Source: Scyliorhinus canicula (lineage: Eukaryota). Taken from it: a stretch of DNA of 64,000 bases. The position numbers and the translations under genes were made by a program. This document shows, piece by piece, positions 46,230-59,980 of this stretch. Below the pieces are notes generated by a model. It saw only the letters and a list, made by a program, of their open reading frames with translations, did not search any database and was not told the origin of the DNA. How positions within the stretch are numbered: the stretch's first letter is position 1; each line of letters opens with the position of its first letter. The stretch covers positions 37,128,322-37,192,321 of the forward strand of contig NC_052154.1 of NCBI RefSeq assembly GCF_902713615.1, written 5' to 3'.

Positions 46230-49045
46230 GATAGCAAATGGATGGTCATTCAGAAAAGCAAGAAAAGGCAAGAAGTGAAGGAGTTTTCAGATTGTGTGCC
46301 ACTTCCAAATCTGTACTCAACACTGGAGAATGCAGAGTCAAATAGTTCAAACCCGACCATAGCATCAAAGGACCAAAACACTGCATGTTAGGGTACGGCA
46401 AAGCATGCAAATGCAGTCATTACAGGAGATTCCATCATTAATGGGACATACAGACATTTCTGCAACCATCATCATAAGTTTCACTTGCTGTGTTGCTTCC
46501 CTAATACCAGGCTAAAAGGTCATTACAGAGAAGGTGCAGGGGAAGGGATGGAGTCAGAAGCTGTGAAAAAAGTCAGGACCACTGACATAGGGAGTGCAAG
46601 ATATTGATTTTGGTTAGACTTTCAGGAACAAGGGAAGAAGTTAAAAAGTAGGACCTTGGAGGTAGCAATCTCTGTATTGTTCTCTGTGTAACTTGCCAGG
46701 AAGAGTAGAAATTGGAAGATTGGGCAGAACAATGCACAGCTTCAGGGTCCCAGGTTCAATTCCCGGCTTGGGTCACTGTCTGTGCGGAGTCTGCACATTC
46801 TCCCCGTGTGTGCGTGGGTTTCCTCCGGGTGCTCCGGTTTCCTCCCACAGTCTAAAGATGTGGTTAGGTGGATTGGCCATGCTAAAATTGCCCTTAGTCC
46901 AAAATTGCCCTTAGTGTTGGTGGGGTTACTGGATTATGGGGATAGGGTGGGGGGTGTGGGCTTGGGTAGGGTGCTCTCTCCAAGAGCCGATGCAGTTGGG
47001 CCGAATGGCCTCCTTCTGCACTGTAAATTCTATGATTCTATGATGCAGAGTGAGGACTTCAGATTTTTGGGCATTGGGACCAGTTCTGGTGCAAGAGGCA
47101 CCTATTCATAGAACATACAGTGCAGAAGGAGGCTATTCAGCCATCGAGTTTGCACCGACCCATCTAAGCCCTCACTTCCCCCCTATCCCCGTAACCCAAT
47201 AACCCCTCCTAACCTTTTTGGTTACTAAGGGCAATTTATCATAGCCAATCCATCTAACCTGCACGTCTTTGGACTGTGGGAAGAAACCAGAGCACCCAGA
47301 GGAAACCCACGCAGACACGAGGAGAACGTGCAGACTCCGCACAGACAGTGACCCAGCGGGGAATTGAACCTGGGATCCTGGCACTGTGAAGCCACAGTAC
47401 TATCCACTTGTGCTACCCTAAAAGAAGGATGTATTTCATATCATCAAGACCGGGACCAATATCCTTGGAGAGGTTCACTGGTGTGGTTGGGAAGGGTTTA
47501 AACTAAATAGTCTGAATAGGCACCAACATATTGAGGCAAGAAAGAGGAATGATGTGCATATGGGGTTGAGAGCGAGACAGTACCATTTTATAAAGGAGCA
47601 GACCAAATGGATTGCGAGAATACAAAGGCAGGTTGTATAATGTATTTATGTAAATACCCAAAGTGGAGTAAATAAGTTTGGTGAGGTACAAGAGCAAGTA
47701 GCCATGTGGGAATGTGGTGTAATGGTAATAAAAAGAAATGTGGGTTAAAAATGGTGAGGACTGGGCACTTAAAATGCACAGATACCAAGTGTTCCGAAAA
47801 TATATGGAAAGTAAAAAGGTAGGTGGGTGGCAGTACTGTTTAGAGAAGCACTTGTAGCATTGTCTTTGAGACGATCAAAAACAGAATCCATTTGGCAAAA
47901 GGGAATGGGTGATATAGGAGCAAGGCCATCTGGGAGGATATCACACAATTGCACAAGTGCCAGAGTAGTGATTGGAGACTTTAATTACCCCAATATTCAT
48001 TGGGATAATTTTGGAATAAAGGGAAATGAGGGGAAGAATTTCTGGGATGAGTTCAGGAAAGCTTCATGAACTTAGATGTTCTTAATCCAACTAGGAAAGA
48101 GCTATTGCTGGATCTGGCGCTGAGGAATGAGCTTGGCCAAGTGAATCAAGTGGCTGTGGAAGAATACACGAGTAACAGTAACCATCGTATCACAGCATTT
48201 AGGTTTAGATTACTAACAGAGATGAATGAGCAAGGTACAATCTAAAGTAGAACTTCTAAATTAGAAGCTGGTTACTTTCAACGGGATGAGAAGGCCACAG
48301 TAAAATTGTAATACAGCCAGGAAAAATTGTAATAGAACAAAAGGTGATCTTAAGCAAAAAATTGTTTCTAGTACAGACTAGGTACATTCCAACAAAAGGG
48401 AAAGGCAGGAAGCTAAAGCCAGGGCTTCTTGGATGGCGATGGAGATAAAGAATATGATGAAACAAAATGATGCATGTCAGGTGAATTCTTCAAATGAGAG
48501 CCAGATCAAATACAATAAGTTGAGATGGGAAGTTAAGAGGAAAATATGACTGGCAGAGAGAGAACATGAGAACAAAACGCGGTTAATAAAAAAGAAACCA
48601 AAAAACCTTTGACTTGCATGTAAATGGTAAGCAGGTAGTAAGAGGCAGAGTGCAACGCATTAGAGACAAATAAGGTTATTTTTGCGTGGAGGCATGAGCA
48701 AGGCACTTTATATTTTTACAGTAACTTCACTGTGATGTTAATGTAAGCCTACTTGTAACACTAATAAAGATTACAATTATATCAGTATTTATGAAGAAAG
48801 AAGGTGCGGATAAATATTAGTAGATGCGAAGATAGTAGAAGTAATGGTTGGGATGAAAATTAACAGACAGGAAATGAAAATGCTGGCTATGCTTAAGAAT
48901 GGATAAGTTGCCTGGAGCAGATAGTGTGCATCCCAGGTTGGTAGAGTAAGTGGAGATGGAGTTAGGGGTAGGGCTTCCAAAATTCCCTAAATACAGGAAC
49001 GAGGGATTGAAAGCAGATGGGACACCCTTGTTCGAGAAAGGGAAT
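46230..49045 (+). mobile_element. Old CR1 5' half: ORF1 SGNH-esterase and ORF2 endonuclease remnants, with SINEs at 46722-47045 (+) and 47106-47418 (-)
   Basis: AVITGDSIINGTYRHFC..LLCCFP (GDS esterase motif, about 46410-46510); VVIGDFNYPNIHWD (47965-48005); LLDLAL.NE. Confidence 0.75.
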
Positions 49046-52000
49046 AAGGAAATGCCTTGTATCAGACTTCTCCATTTGGGTCTATTCAAGGCCATTTCCT
49101 CCCCATGTATTGGGCTCCTGCAAGAACTTAAGCAAGTTTTTCGATTGTCTTTACAACTGAGTTTAGGATGTCCTGTGGCACAAGCACCCATGCTCAGCTA
49201 GTTCTGGAGTATGCAGGAATCCTCCATGCCAGCCACATGGCCATAAGCTCTCAATTGCTGATGTGCAGCACTTCGGAAGAAGCTCGGTGTTGGGGATTTT
49301 GTGTTGTCACATGGAGTCGCAAATAAATCTCAGACGGAGATAATGGAATCCTTTAGTTCATAAAACCAAAATACCATGGATGCTGGAAATCTGAAATAAA
49401 GTCAGAAAGTGCTGGGAAGACGTCCGGTGGTGGCGATGAGGTGAGCTGTCACACACAAGGTTGCTCGGGCCTCATGACACGGATTTTGGAACTTGTTACC
49501 TGGCTAACAAGCGAATTTGTGGGAAGTGAAGATTGTTGGTTTCTCCTCCGGTGTCGGATGTCTGCAGGGAATAACACCAGGCAAAAGTAGAGTAAAGGCC
49601 CTGCACCAGATTCAATGGTCCCTCATGACAGAAAATATGGCAAAGCCCTTCATGTCGCTGATACCCTCCCAATACCAATAGCCAATGGAGAAATTGGTGG
49701 AATTCCTTTTGGAGAATTCCAGAAACAAAAACAGTTGATGATAGAGCATCTCTCCAAGGCGATTTGAGGTGGCAGTGGTACCCTATAGAGCAACCATGGT
49801 GAGGGTGGAACAGCGGTTGGAGACGCAAGGCACGGCGATTCAGGAGGTGAAGGCGGCAGTCTTGGACCAGTGACTGGATTGCCTCTTTGGAAGCTGAGGT
49901 AGCGTTGATGGCGGTGGCCCAAAAATTTTTGATGGCGAAGGTGGACAGCTAGGAGAACTGGTCCAAGCACCAGAACCTTGAGGATTGTCAGGCTATTGGA
50001 GGGCATGAGTACCACAGAATATATGGCAAAGATGTTTCCAGTGGAATTCTGAAAGAAGTTTGCGGCCTTAGTGGCGCCACAGTTACTGGGATGTTCAATG
50101 ATTGTCTGTCAAGGAGTTGCTACCAGCCACATTGGCACAGGTGTCAATCTTCCTGATCCCGAAAAAGGACAAGGATCTTGTGGAGTGTGGGTCTTTTAGG
50201 CTACTGTTGAATACTGATGCTAAAGTATTAGCTACGGTTCTGGCAAGAGTCCGGAGGGGAGCTTGCCAGAGGTGATCTCTGAGGAGCAAACAGGGTTTGT
50301 TAAGGGGCGACTGTGGGGCAGGTACCTGAGGTAATCACCTCATGGATGTGGAGAAGTCTTTTAATCGTCGAGTGGAGGTACCTCTTAGAGGTCTTGGAAT
50401 GATTTGGGTTTGGACCAAAGTTTATCTCCAGGGCGAGACTGTTATATAGTGCCCCTGCAGCTAGTGTCCAGACCAATGCGATGAGCTCAGGGTATTTCTG
50501 GTTATATAGGGGCACAAGGCAGGAATACCCGCTGTCCCCCTTGTTGTTCGTGCTAGCAATTGAGCCGTTGGCCATTGTGCTTAGGCCGTCAGGGGACTGG
50601 AGATATATTGAGAGGGGTGGCTTCCCTTTATGCGGACAATTTGTTGCTGTACATTTCTGATCCTCTCTCTAGTGTGGGAGGGATAATGGAGCCATTCAAG
50701 AAATATAGATCCTTCTCAGGGTACAAACTGAATGTGAGCAAAAGAAAAATCTTCCCAGTGAATGGGGGGGGGGGGGGCAGATTTAGTGAGGCGGCTATTT
50801 AAGCTGGCCAAGACAAAGTTCAGATATTTAGGGATTCAGGTGGCGCATGAATGGGCTCTGTTGCACAAACTAAACTTGGCCAGTCGGCTAGAGGGGGCGA
50901 AGTTGGGTCTCGAAGAGGTGGAATGCCGTCCCGTTTTCTTGGTGGGTAGAATGCAGATGGTCAAAATGAACGTTCTGCCGAGGCTCTTATTTGTGTTCCA
51001 GTGTCTCCTGATCTTCCTCCCTAAATATTTTTTCATTAGGGTTGATAAATTAATCTCAGTCGAGTCCCAAAATTCGAAGAGCCTTCCTGCAGAGTGGGCT
51101 GGAGCTACCAAATTTAATGTCCTAATACTGGGCGGCGAACATCAGGAAATGGCAAGGGTGGTTTGAGGAGCCGGGGCCACTGTGGGGCGGATGGATGAGG
51201 CCTCGTGTAGGGTTGTGTCTAAGGGCATTGGTTACAGCCCTCTTCCATTTTCTCTGGCCAGGTTCCCTCAACAAGCCTGGTGGTGGTGGCATCTTTAAGA
51301 ATCTTGAACCAATTTAGGCAGAATTTTAGATTAGGGGCCATATCATTACTGTCACCAATTAGTGGGAATCATAGGTTTGCATCGCCGGAGATGGATACAA
51401 TGTACAGGATTTGGAGGAGGGAGGGGGTCGAGAGGTTCAGGGATTTGTTTGTGGAAGGTACATTTGCATGACTGCAGGAGGTGGTGGAGAAACTGGGGTG
51501 GGGGGGGGGGGGGGCACATTTAGCTATCTGAAGCGAGTCTGTGTGAGTCTGCTCGATTCTGTACTTACTTTTGTCAGGCCATGATTAATTTCATCAAAGT
51601 GTTGTTGCTGGAGCGGATACTCCCAAGAGAGCAAAACTTCTGTATTGGAAAGAGCAATGTGTTTTTGACAGGTCCCAGAGTACGTGACCAGGGTTAGGTT
51701 AATTAAAGATTTCTGTTTTCGTCAAATGTATTGTCAGGGCAAAGTATTTTGATGCTGCAAAGTGATCAACAAGCAGCTAAATGTCATCTGGAGTCTGTGA
51801 TATGAGAGCGCAGTCATCTGTGAACAAGAATTCACTCAGTAGCTGCTCAGTAACCTTTGTGCAAGCTTTGAACCATTGCAAGTTGAAGTGGTTGACATCG
51901 TCCTGAATTTAACGCGCAATCCTTTGTCAAGATCTTTGAGTGTATACTGGAGCATGGCTGAGAAATATATGGCAAACAGAGCTGGAGCCAATATACAGCT

Positions 52001-54375
52001 TTGCTTGGTGCCGTTAATGGCAGGAAAGGCATCTGATAATGCAACACCGTTCTTCATTCTGCCCATCATGAAATGAGAAAATGATACAGATCATCTCTTC
52101 AGGGCAGCCATATTTGTCCAGAACCTCCCACAGGCCTTCCCAATTTATTGCATCAAAAGCCTTGGTCAAATCAACAAACAACTTGTAGAGGACCTTATTC
52201 TGTTCACAGAACTTTTCTTGAATTTCACATGCTGCAAAGATCATGCCCATTATTCTCTGTCCTACAAGCAAGCAACACTGTGATCCTGGGAGCAGGGCTA
52301 ATGAGGCAAGTGACAATCCGTTTAAGAATAACCCTTGCAGGAATTTTTCCTGTTGTTGAAAGAAGTGTTATTCCATGATGACTGTCATAGATGGACTTGC
52401 TCCCTTGCTGTCTGTAGATACGAGCTACAGCGACATCCTTGCAATCTAGGGGCACAGCGCCCTGTTCACAGATTTGGCAGAAGTGTTAGTGAGTTTCCTA
52501 ACCATGCAAGCCCTTCCGTACTTGAATACTACACGTGGAATGTCATCAATTCCCAGTGAAAGCTATTCGTAGAAAGCCGATTTCTTGCCTTTTGACTTCT
52601 CCTTGCGGAGGATCAAGAGCAAGCTATTTCAGAGTGCGATGCTGTGGAAGTGACAATAGATTCATTGCAGACTATGGATTGTTGTTCTACCCGGCGAGAG
52701 AGAATCTCATACCGATTTGTTAGGAGCTGATTACCAACAGCTGAGAGTATGGGTGCCACATCATGGTTTTGGGGTCATAGACTGATTGCAGACTTTCATA
52801 TGGAGCCTTCAGGTCTGTTATAAGCCCCAAAGACCTACGGGAACGACCCGATTGATCTCCCCATGAGTATTGTGGTGTATGAGCTCCTCCGCTGAGAGGC
52901 GGACACCCATCGGCGGGATAGTTAACTCTGGACATTAAAGCCAGCTCAGGTGGGAGCCAAGCTTCACAGTAGTCTCAGCTCGGACTGGGACTGTTACTTG
53001 TGCATAATCTGGTATAAAACCAATTTTTTTTAACTCACCGATCCACTGACTACTCAAAGGTTGTTTTTATCACCAGTTGCTTGAAGCTCATCAGCCTTGG
53101 TTTCTTACCATTGGTTCTTTGTTTCTCTTAGTTCGGCCTGCATCATGTATTTTGCAGGATGGTATCTGGCTTTCGTTGCTGGTGATTTCCTGTCAGTTGT
53201 GTAAGAACTGAGAGTGTTGTGCACTTGGTCTTGAAAATGATCTATGTCTTGGTCGTACTGTCGAACCAATCTTGGTGATTCCGTTTAATGAATCCTAGGA
53301 TCTCAGGTGCCATGCTGGAAGGACATAGTTTAACTTTTTTCACGAAACTTCAATGGCAATAGTATTCTCTGGGCGTTCAGCAATTCCTGCAGGTAGTATG
53401 TGTTCCAGTTCATGTCCCTTGGACTTGTCCTTAAGACCAGTTACATCAAGCTTCCTTTGCGAATTATCTCTGTGCCGAAGCACCTTAGATTTTATCTTCA
53501 AAGACACAATGCTCTTGACAAGCTGATGGTCAGACCTACATTCTGCACCTCAAACGGAACGGTGGTAGAGCATCTTGAAGTCTCTCTGTCACCAATATGT
53601 GCCAATTTTTGGATCTGAGGTGCATCCACGTTGTTTACAGTTTGCCTGATTGCTGGAAGACTGTATTTGTGACCATTAGATCAAAGTTGTTGCACTTAGG
53701 GAGTAGGAATTTGCTGCTCGGCTTTGCTCTGCCAATACTGGGTGTCCTAGTACTCTTCTTCATGTATTACTATATGTTCGAGCATTGAAATTACCAAGAA
53801 TAATGAGTTTGCCCTGATGGGGTACTCCTCTAATTATCTTGCTGAGGTCAACATAAAATGCTTCTTTGACTTCTGTCTATATCTGTTATTGTTGGAGCAG
53901 AGGCAGTAATGAGTGCTGCATGCTGATTACTGGAAAGACTTCCGAAGAACCATGAGTCAATCGTCGATCACTGTAGGAAGTGAGTCAAGCTTGCCCATCA
54001 GGGGCGGTTCTGCACTCTGGTCTTGTACTGTTCCAGAAGTGTTCTGACATTCCATGTCCAGAGCTTCATGCAACAAATAGAAAGTCCAAGGATTAGCCTC
54101 GACAGTCAAGCATGAGTTTTCCCATTTGATCTGAACTGGCACACTTCCAACAAGGATCAGTGATGGACTCACAATTCTTTGTCTAAGTCTTGCCAGTAAC
54201 CAGCATGCAACACTCATTAGTGCCTATGCTCCAATAATGACATATACAGGTGAGGTCAAAAAGTTATCCATAATTTCCATAGCTAGATAGATACGGAAGT
54301 ACCCCACCAGGACAAACCTATTATACTTTTTGTGATTTCAGTGCCCAAGTGGGCACAGACTGTATCACATGCAAT
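49045..54375 (-). mobile_element. RTE-clade (BovB-like) LINE remnant interrupted by L1 and other insertions
   Basis: DCKDVAVARIY..GITLLSTTGKIPARVILKR, MIFAACEIQEKFCEQNKVLYKLFVDLTKAFD, KYGCPE, GTKQSCILAPALFAIYFSAML; C-terminal EMALNRPKWRSLI at about 49100. Confidence 0.8.
49420..51530 (+). mobile_element. Degraded L1-clade element (ORF1 and ORF2 pieces) nested in the RTE
   Basis: LENWSKHQNLRIVRLLEG (ORF1-like), LNTDAKVLA, SLYADNLLLYISDP, VKMNVLPRLLF. Confidence 0.78.
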
Positions 54376-54599
54376 AATACATGAGCTGTTCTGCATTATT
54401 GTCTCATACTGTTATCTCGGAGTGTTTTCATTCCATGAACCGAGCTTCATACATTGACTCGTAGTCTCATTCTTTACATTTTGACATCCCAAGTGGGTGA
54501 CCAGCCAGGAGGTGCAGGGAGAGCAGGCTGTGTTTGCGAATTCTTTTCTTCCCTTTAGCTGGATTGTAACTAGATTGGTCAGTTTAACATCAGTGATAG

Positions 54600-55975
54600 G
54601 TGAGGTTTTAGAAACAACAATCAGTGGAAAAAATTAACATGGAGTGGTATGAGTTAATTACTGAGAACCTGCATGGATTTGTAAAAGGCAGATCATATTC
54701 AACTAATCTAATTGAATTTTTTGATGAAGTAACGGAGAAGGTTGATGAATTAATGCAGTAGATGTCACTTACATGGGGCTGGATTCTCCGTACCCAGACG
54801 CTGAAATCACGTTTGCGACGGGGCGGAGAATCCAGTTTCCCACATGAAATTGGGACTGGCGCCGGTTCAGCAATTCTCCGACACCCAAAAAGCCGATTAT
54901 CCACCACCGGAGGCCATTGCCTGAGGCCCACCCCACTATTCTCCGCGCCTGACCGGCCGAATTCCCGACGGCGTGGACCACTCATGGTCCTGCAGTTCGG
55001 GATAATCGTGAGGCGGCTGCGGGCCGATCGGAGGGCAGGGGGGCCTCATTCAGGACTGGGGTATTTTTGAGCGGGCAGTCCCGGTCGGGCGCATGGCTGA
55101 TCGGGGGCACTATTTCCACGGTCCAGGTCCACGGTCTGAGTCTGCCATGGAACACGGCCCGGCCACTGGAGGCAGCCGCCGTGCGCATGCGCGGCCTCTG
55201 ATCCAGAAGTGCGGAGGGCCGTATCGGTAGCTGGAGCTGTGAGCTCCACGATAGCTGCCTGCTAGCCCCCTGCAAGGCTGTGAATCAGTGGTCTTTGTAT
55301 GTATATGTATATCTGTGGCATGTTTCCCTGGTATAAAAGACCACAGTTTCCACGATGGAGTGGGGACATAGTCCCTGAAACCGATAATCCAGCCCATGGA
55401 TTTTAAGAAAGCAGTCGACAAAGTACCAAATATAAGACTGGTTAACAAAATTGAAACTCATAAAATAGGAGGGTCACTGCCAGCCTGGATAACAATAAGT
55501 TATGTAAATGCTGATTTTTCACGGTGGTTGACAGGAATGTTCCCCAAGGGTCAGTCCCAGGGTCATTTTAAAAATCAATTTATATATGACTTTGGATATT
55601 GAAATAAAGTGAAAATTTTAAATTAACCAAGCATACCAAACTTGGAGGTGTGGCAAAGCATATACGATAAGGGGCATAAAAAGGCTAACAGAATTGGCAA
55701 CAAGTGGCAGATATAATTTAATGCAAATAGCGGTGAACAAGGCTTTTGGGGAAGAGAAACATGCAGTATGCAAAGAAGAACTATTTTGCACAGTGAGTGA
55801 CAATGACCTGGAATTCTATGCCTCGTGAGCGTGGTGGAAATTATCTCTGATTTCAAAAGGAAATTGGATAGGTACTTGAGGGAAATTGCAGGGCTACGGG
55901 GGTACGACGGGCAAATGGGACTAAGTGGATCACTGTTCCGAAAATCAGCAAAGCCCAAAGGTTCAAAACGGCGTA
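54600..55975 (+). mobile_element. CR1 RT fragment split by a MITE
   Basis: HGFVKGRSYSTNLIEFFDEVT..AVDVTYM | DFKKAVDKVP. Confidence 0.8.
54776..55395. mobile_element. Harbinger-type MITE, 620 bp
   Basis: TIRs gggctggattctc / gataatccagccc; TSD ATG at 54773-54775 and 55396-55398 duplicates the CR1 Met codon. Confidence 0.88.
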
Positions 55976-56199
55976 ATGACTGTATGATATAAACTCTATG
56001 AGATTAAGGTAAACAAATGTTATTGTAAACACAGGTAAATTATTCAAACTCACATTTATTAGCAGGAAAGCTGAATTCAAAGTGAGTTTGAACTAAATGT
56101 ATGGCTACAATACCGAAATGTCAATCTCTAATTGAAGGATTGATGGAATCCACCTTCTGATATATAAATCTTTCCGAGGTATATCTTGAAAATACTCAC

Positions 56200-56324
56200 T
56201 ACTTGTTGAACTTGTCCATCCTCTCCTATGCGATGAATATGAACTTGCTGAGCATTTGCTAGTGCATAATGGAGTGTTTGTGCCTGATTTTGCTGTAAAT
56301 CTCCAGATGATCCTTGCATTCCCC
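56200..56324 (-). CDS. BANP: BANP internal coding exon (post-BEN-domain Gln-rich region), 125 bp
   Basis: Translates (x)GMQGSSGDLQQNQAQTLHYALANAQQVHIHRIGEDGQVQQV, matching remembered vertebrate BANP 'QALHYALANAQQVQIHQIGEDGQVQV'. Pyrimidine tract plus AG acceptor (ttctctttgaag) and GTGAGT donor; ends in phase 0. Confidence 0.93.
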
Positions 56325-57349
56325 CTTCAAAGAGAAGCAGAAAGAAAAATGCGTGTAAGGAAAGTGTGGACTAAAATAAAAAGGATTGAATAGTACAATG
56401 TCATATCAGGTTTATTTTGTTTGCATGCCTGACTTTGTATTTTGCATTTTTTTTCAAATACAGGCTCTTATATTTTATCCATGATTTTCCTAAATTACCT
56501 TCTCCAGCAAGAAAACAGATGGGCAAGTAATCTGATCCCATGTCTGAGCCCAATGCGAACAGGTGCATGATAATTGTTCATGGGTGACCATCATCTAATT
56601 TCTATTTCTTGGTGAGAAAGTCTCTGACCACCCCCTAAACATTAAATGCTATCACGCCTCACAAGGTGACAAAATAAAAATCCTTCTCCCATCAGCATCG
56701 AAATTTAAAGCCTGTGATAACTTCATCCAAATAGCTTATTTCCCCTATAAATTAGGAATATACATGTTTTGGTACATCATCTACCCATCTATTACATTTA
56801 GAAATATTGCGAACTGCAGCAACCACAGGGTTGACTCTTGGGCCATGTCCGAGGTTATTCACTTTGGTAGTAAGAATAGCAAAGCTGAATATTTCTTAAA
56901 AGACATGGAACTTGTTGATGATCAAAAGGAATTGGATGTTCATGTACAAGGAATGCGAGGAAGAGCTATTTCACACAGTGAATGGCAATAGACTGTGGTC
57001 TATTTCTTATTTTCTTATGCTGCTTCACCTGTCTATTAAATTCATGGTTTTGCCACTCATCACTATCCATTTATTTTTTACTGCTTCCCTCTTAATCCCA
57101 CAGTATTTCATTGTAGCTATAAAAATGAAGATTAACACTTTGAGTTTTGGTTAACTTATCACACAACACAAGCAATTTCTGTTCATATTTCATATTTTTA
57201 ACACTTGCATTTTTTTCTATACAGTCAGCCATTATTTTCAGTCGTACTCTAAACACCATTCCATAGTTGGACTTCTTCCTTGGCAACAGTGCAAGAATAA
57301 ATCAGTCGTTTCACATTTGTGTATTATCACCTATTTCTAACCTGCATAA

Positions 57350-57530
57350 CAGCACCTGACTTTGCCTGTGCCAGCTCATCTGCTGCTGAATCTCTCAGTC
57401 ATGCTTTTGTTACCTCTAGTTTAAGGATGGTCTCCCACATTTTACACTCCATAAACTGGAGGTCATCCAAAAATCTGCTGCTCTTGTCTTAACTTGCACC
57501 ATCCTGTTCACCCATTGCCCATGCTTGCAA
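57350..57530 (+). mobile_element. L2 LINE fragment
   Basis: SAAESLSHAFVTSS..KLEVIQKSAALVL, resembling the L2 HAFVTSRLDY / LQ.IQN.AAR motifs. Confidence 0.6.
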
Positions 57531-58188
57531 CCTATGTCAGGCACAATAGCCCATCAATTGGTATGCTTACCCAATGGGGTATTCACAATAGCCACTTATG
57601 CTTCCATACATTCTCAATGCCCGAAATAGCAATAATCAGCATTTTCTAGCATTAAAAGCTGTAAAATTAACATACTACAATTTTTCAAATCTCCCATTAT
57701 TTTACAGCTTGTTTCAGCAAGGGATCACTCATTCTTCTTTTCTACTATTAAAAAACCGACAAATTACATTTTGTTGAACCTAAAATTCATGCAGTTTAGA
57801 AAGTAATTTTCGTAGTTTACTTTATCAGCTTTTTGATGTTGGCTTTCTATTTTTGTTTCAATCTACCTCTTGCCAATACATAAAATCCATAAAAATATTT
57901 GTATTTTTTATTCAGCTGCTTTTTAAAAAATATTTTAATTCAGCCATATATAATTGTAACAATTTTCAAGAGGAAAAACAACAAAGTAAATAACACCCAC
58001 CCAACCAACAACCAAACCCAGACAACATGGCTTATATACACAATTCCCCATTCCCTACTATTTCTCACCTCATCCAACCCCCCCATGCCTCCCTATTTCC
58101 TTTCACCCCCCCCCCCCTCTCTCCCAATGTAACTAACCGATACCCCCGATTTTGGGGGGTTCCGAGTCCCTCTACGGGGTTGGGGGGG

Positions 58189-58367
58189 GGGGCTGGTTTA
58201 GCACAGTGGGCTAAACAGCTGGCTTGTAATGCAGATCAAGGCAGCAGCGCAGGTTCAATTCCTGTACCGGCCTCCCCAATAGAATGTGGCAACTAGGAGC
58301 TTTTCACAGTAACTTCTTTGAAGCCTACTTGTGACAATAAGAGATTATTATTAGTATTATTATTATT
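58189..58367 (+). mobile_element. Short tRNA SINE with (TTA)n tail
   Basis: Same family as 2537-2707. Confidence 0.8.
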
Positions 58368-59232
58368 ATGGTGCTCAGAAATGAATACAATGTTCCAAGT
58401 AGGGTCCGGCATATATGCGTCTATTTATAAACCAAAGGATCCTATAAGCCTTCTTAACAACTGTTTCAACTTGCCTGACCACCTTTCGAGAACTATGTAC
58501 TTGAACTCCGAGGTCCCTCTGTTCATGTACTACCTTCAAAGCTGAGCTAGTATTTCTATTCCAAAATGTATTACTTCACTTTTCTCTGCATTGAAATTCA
58601 TCTGCCAGGTGTCTGCCGATTTGGCCAACTTGTCACTGTCCTCCTGAAGTCGCTCAGCATCATCCTCACAATTCATTATTCTCCCTAGCTTAGTATCATC
58701 TGAAAATTTAGAGATTTTGCTCTCAATACTAATACCATCTCTAAGTAGTTCATATAAATCAGAAAAAGCAAGTGTCCCAACACTGAACCCTGGGTAACTC
58801 CAATTTCAACTGGTCTCCAGTCTGAGAAGTGCCCATCTATACCTTTCTTCTGTTTCCAATCACGTATCTAACTTCTAATCCATGCTCTCATCAATCCCAA
58901 ACATTTCTAATTTGTTAACCAACATGCCACGAGGCACTGTGTAAAATGCTTTCTGAAAGTCCAAATATACATCTAGAGCACTACCCTCATATACTGTTGG
59001 TGTCAGTTGTCAAATTAAATTTCCCAGACATGACCTGCCCTTGACAAAGCCATGTTGACTGTCTAGTATTAACCTATTTTTCTTTTGTATATTTATCTTA
59101 TCCCATATTATGGCCTCCATCAGGTTTTCCACTATTGATGTCATGCTGACAGGTCTGTAGTTTCCTGTGGTGTCCTTTGCCCCTTTCTCAAACAATAGCA
59201 TCACATTTGCAATCCTCCTGTCCTCTGTCAAA
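58368..59232 (-). mobile_element. CR1 RT fragment
   Basis: NYRPVSMTS..DSQHGFVKGRSCLGNLI (59010-59231). Confidence 0.82.
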
Positions 59233-59239
59233 CTTATTT

Positions 59240-59980
59240 AAGAATTCCACAGATAACTCCGAAACAAAGAAAACTCAACTTACCAGAATAGCTGCCAACT
59301 GAACTGAAAAGATTCAGAAGCTCCAAAAACAATGGAAAAAGTATTCAAAAAACTGGCTAAAATTATGGAACAGGTCCAAATTAAGCTTCCATTGTTGAAA
59401 TGTGAACAGCCATACACATCAAGATGGCGCACAAGACAAAAGGAGAAAGAAGTGCCAAGGAGACAAATTCAATGTTCATCCCCCGACAAGAAACAATTAA
59501 CAGTAGAGCAAGTGCTGATCAAGACAACTGCCAAACCGACTAACTGGTTCATCATGAAGCATAAGAAAAAAATGAAAGCCTATCCAAATGCCAGTCCAAC
59601 CTTCAAGCAAGAATCAAAACCAATGAGCCGCCCTCTCCTCCAACAGAACATCGAACCAGATTTAGAAATGTTAGAAGGCCTACAGACTTCTGAAACTCGT
59701 AAATTCAAGGACTTTAAGGGGAGATGGTGCACTAATAATATAGTAGTGATAAAGTAGTAATAGCAATTATGTGGTAACAACAATGTAAATACATAAGACT
59801 AATAACAATGTAAGACATAGAAGTAAACTTGTGTAATTTCATATACATTTGATAAAGACTTGGAGGGAGGTGTAGTGTAAAGATCTGGCACATACAAGGT
59901 TAATGTGGGACTGAGTACAGTACCATCCACACAATAACGTAAGAAGGCACTTGAGTCAGAGCTAGGGTCAGAGTGGTATT
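59240..59980 (+). mobile_element. Probable LTR-retrotransposon 3' internal region, PPT (59861-59870) and LTR start (59871)
   Basis: A-rich ORF tail followed by tggagggagg|TGTAGTG. Confidence 0.5.

Noticed and set aside
59332-59757. 141-aa ORF as a host gene
   Set aside because: Low complexity, directly upstream of a PPT/LTR junction; more likely retrotransposon internal sequence.
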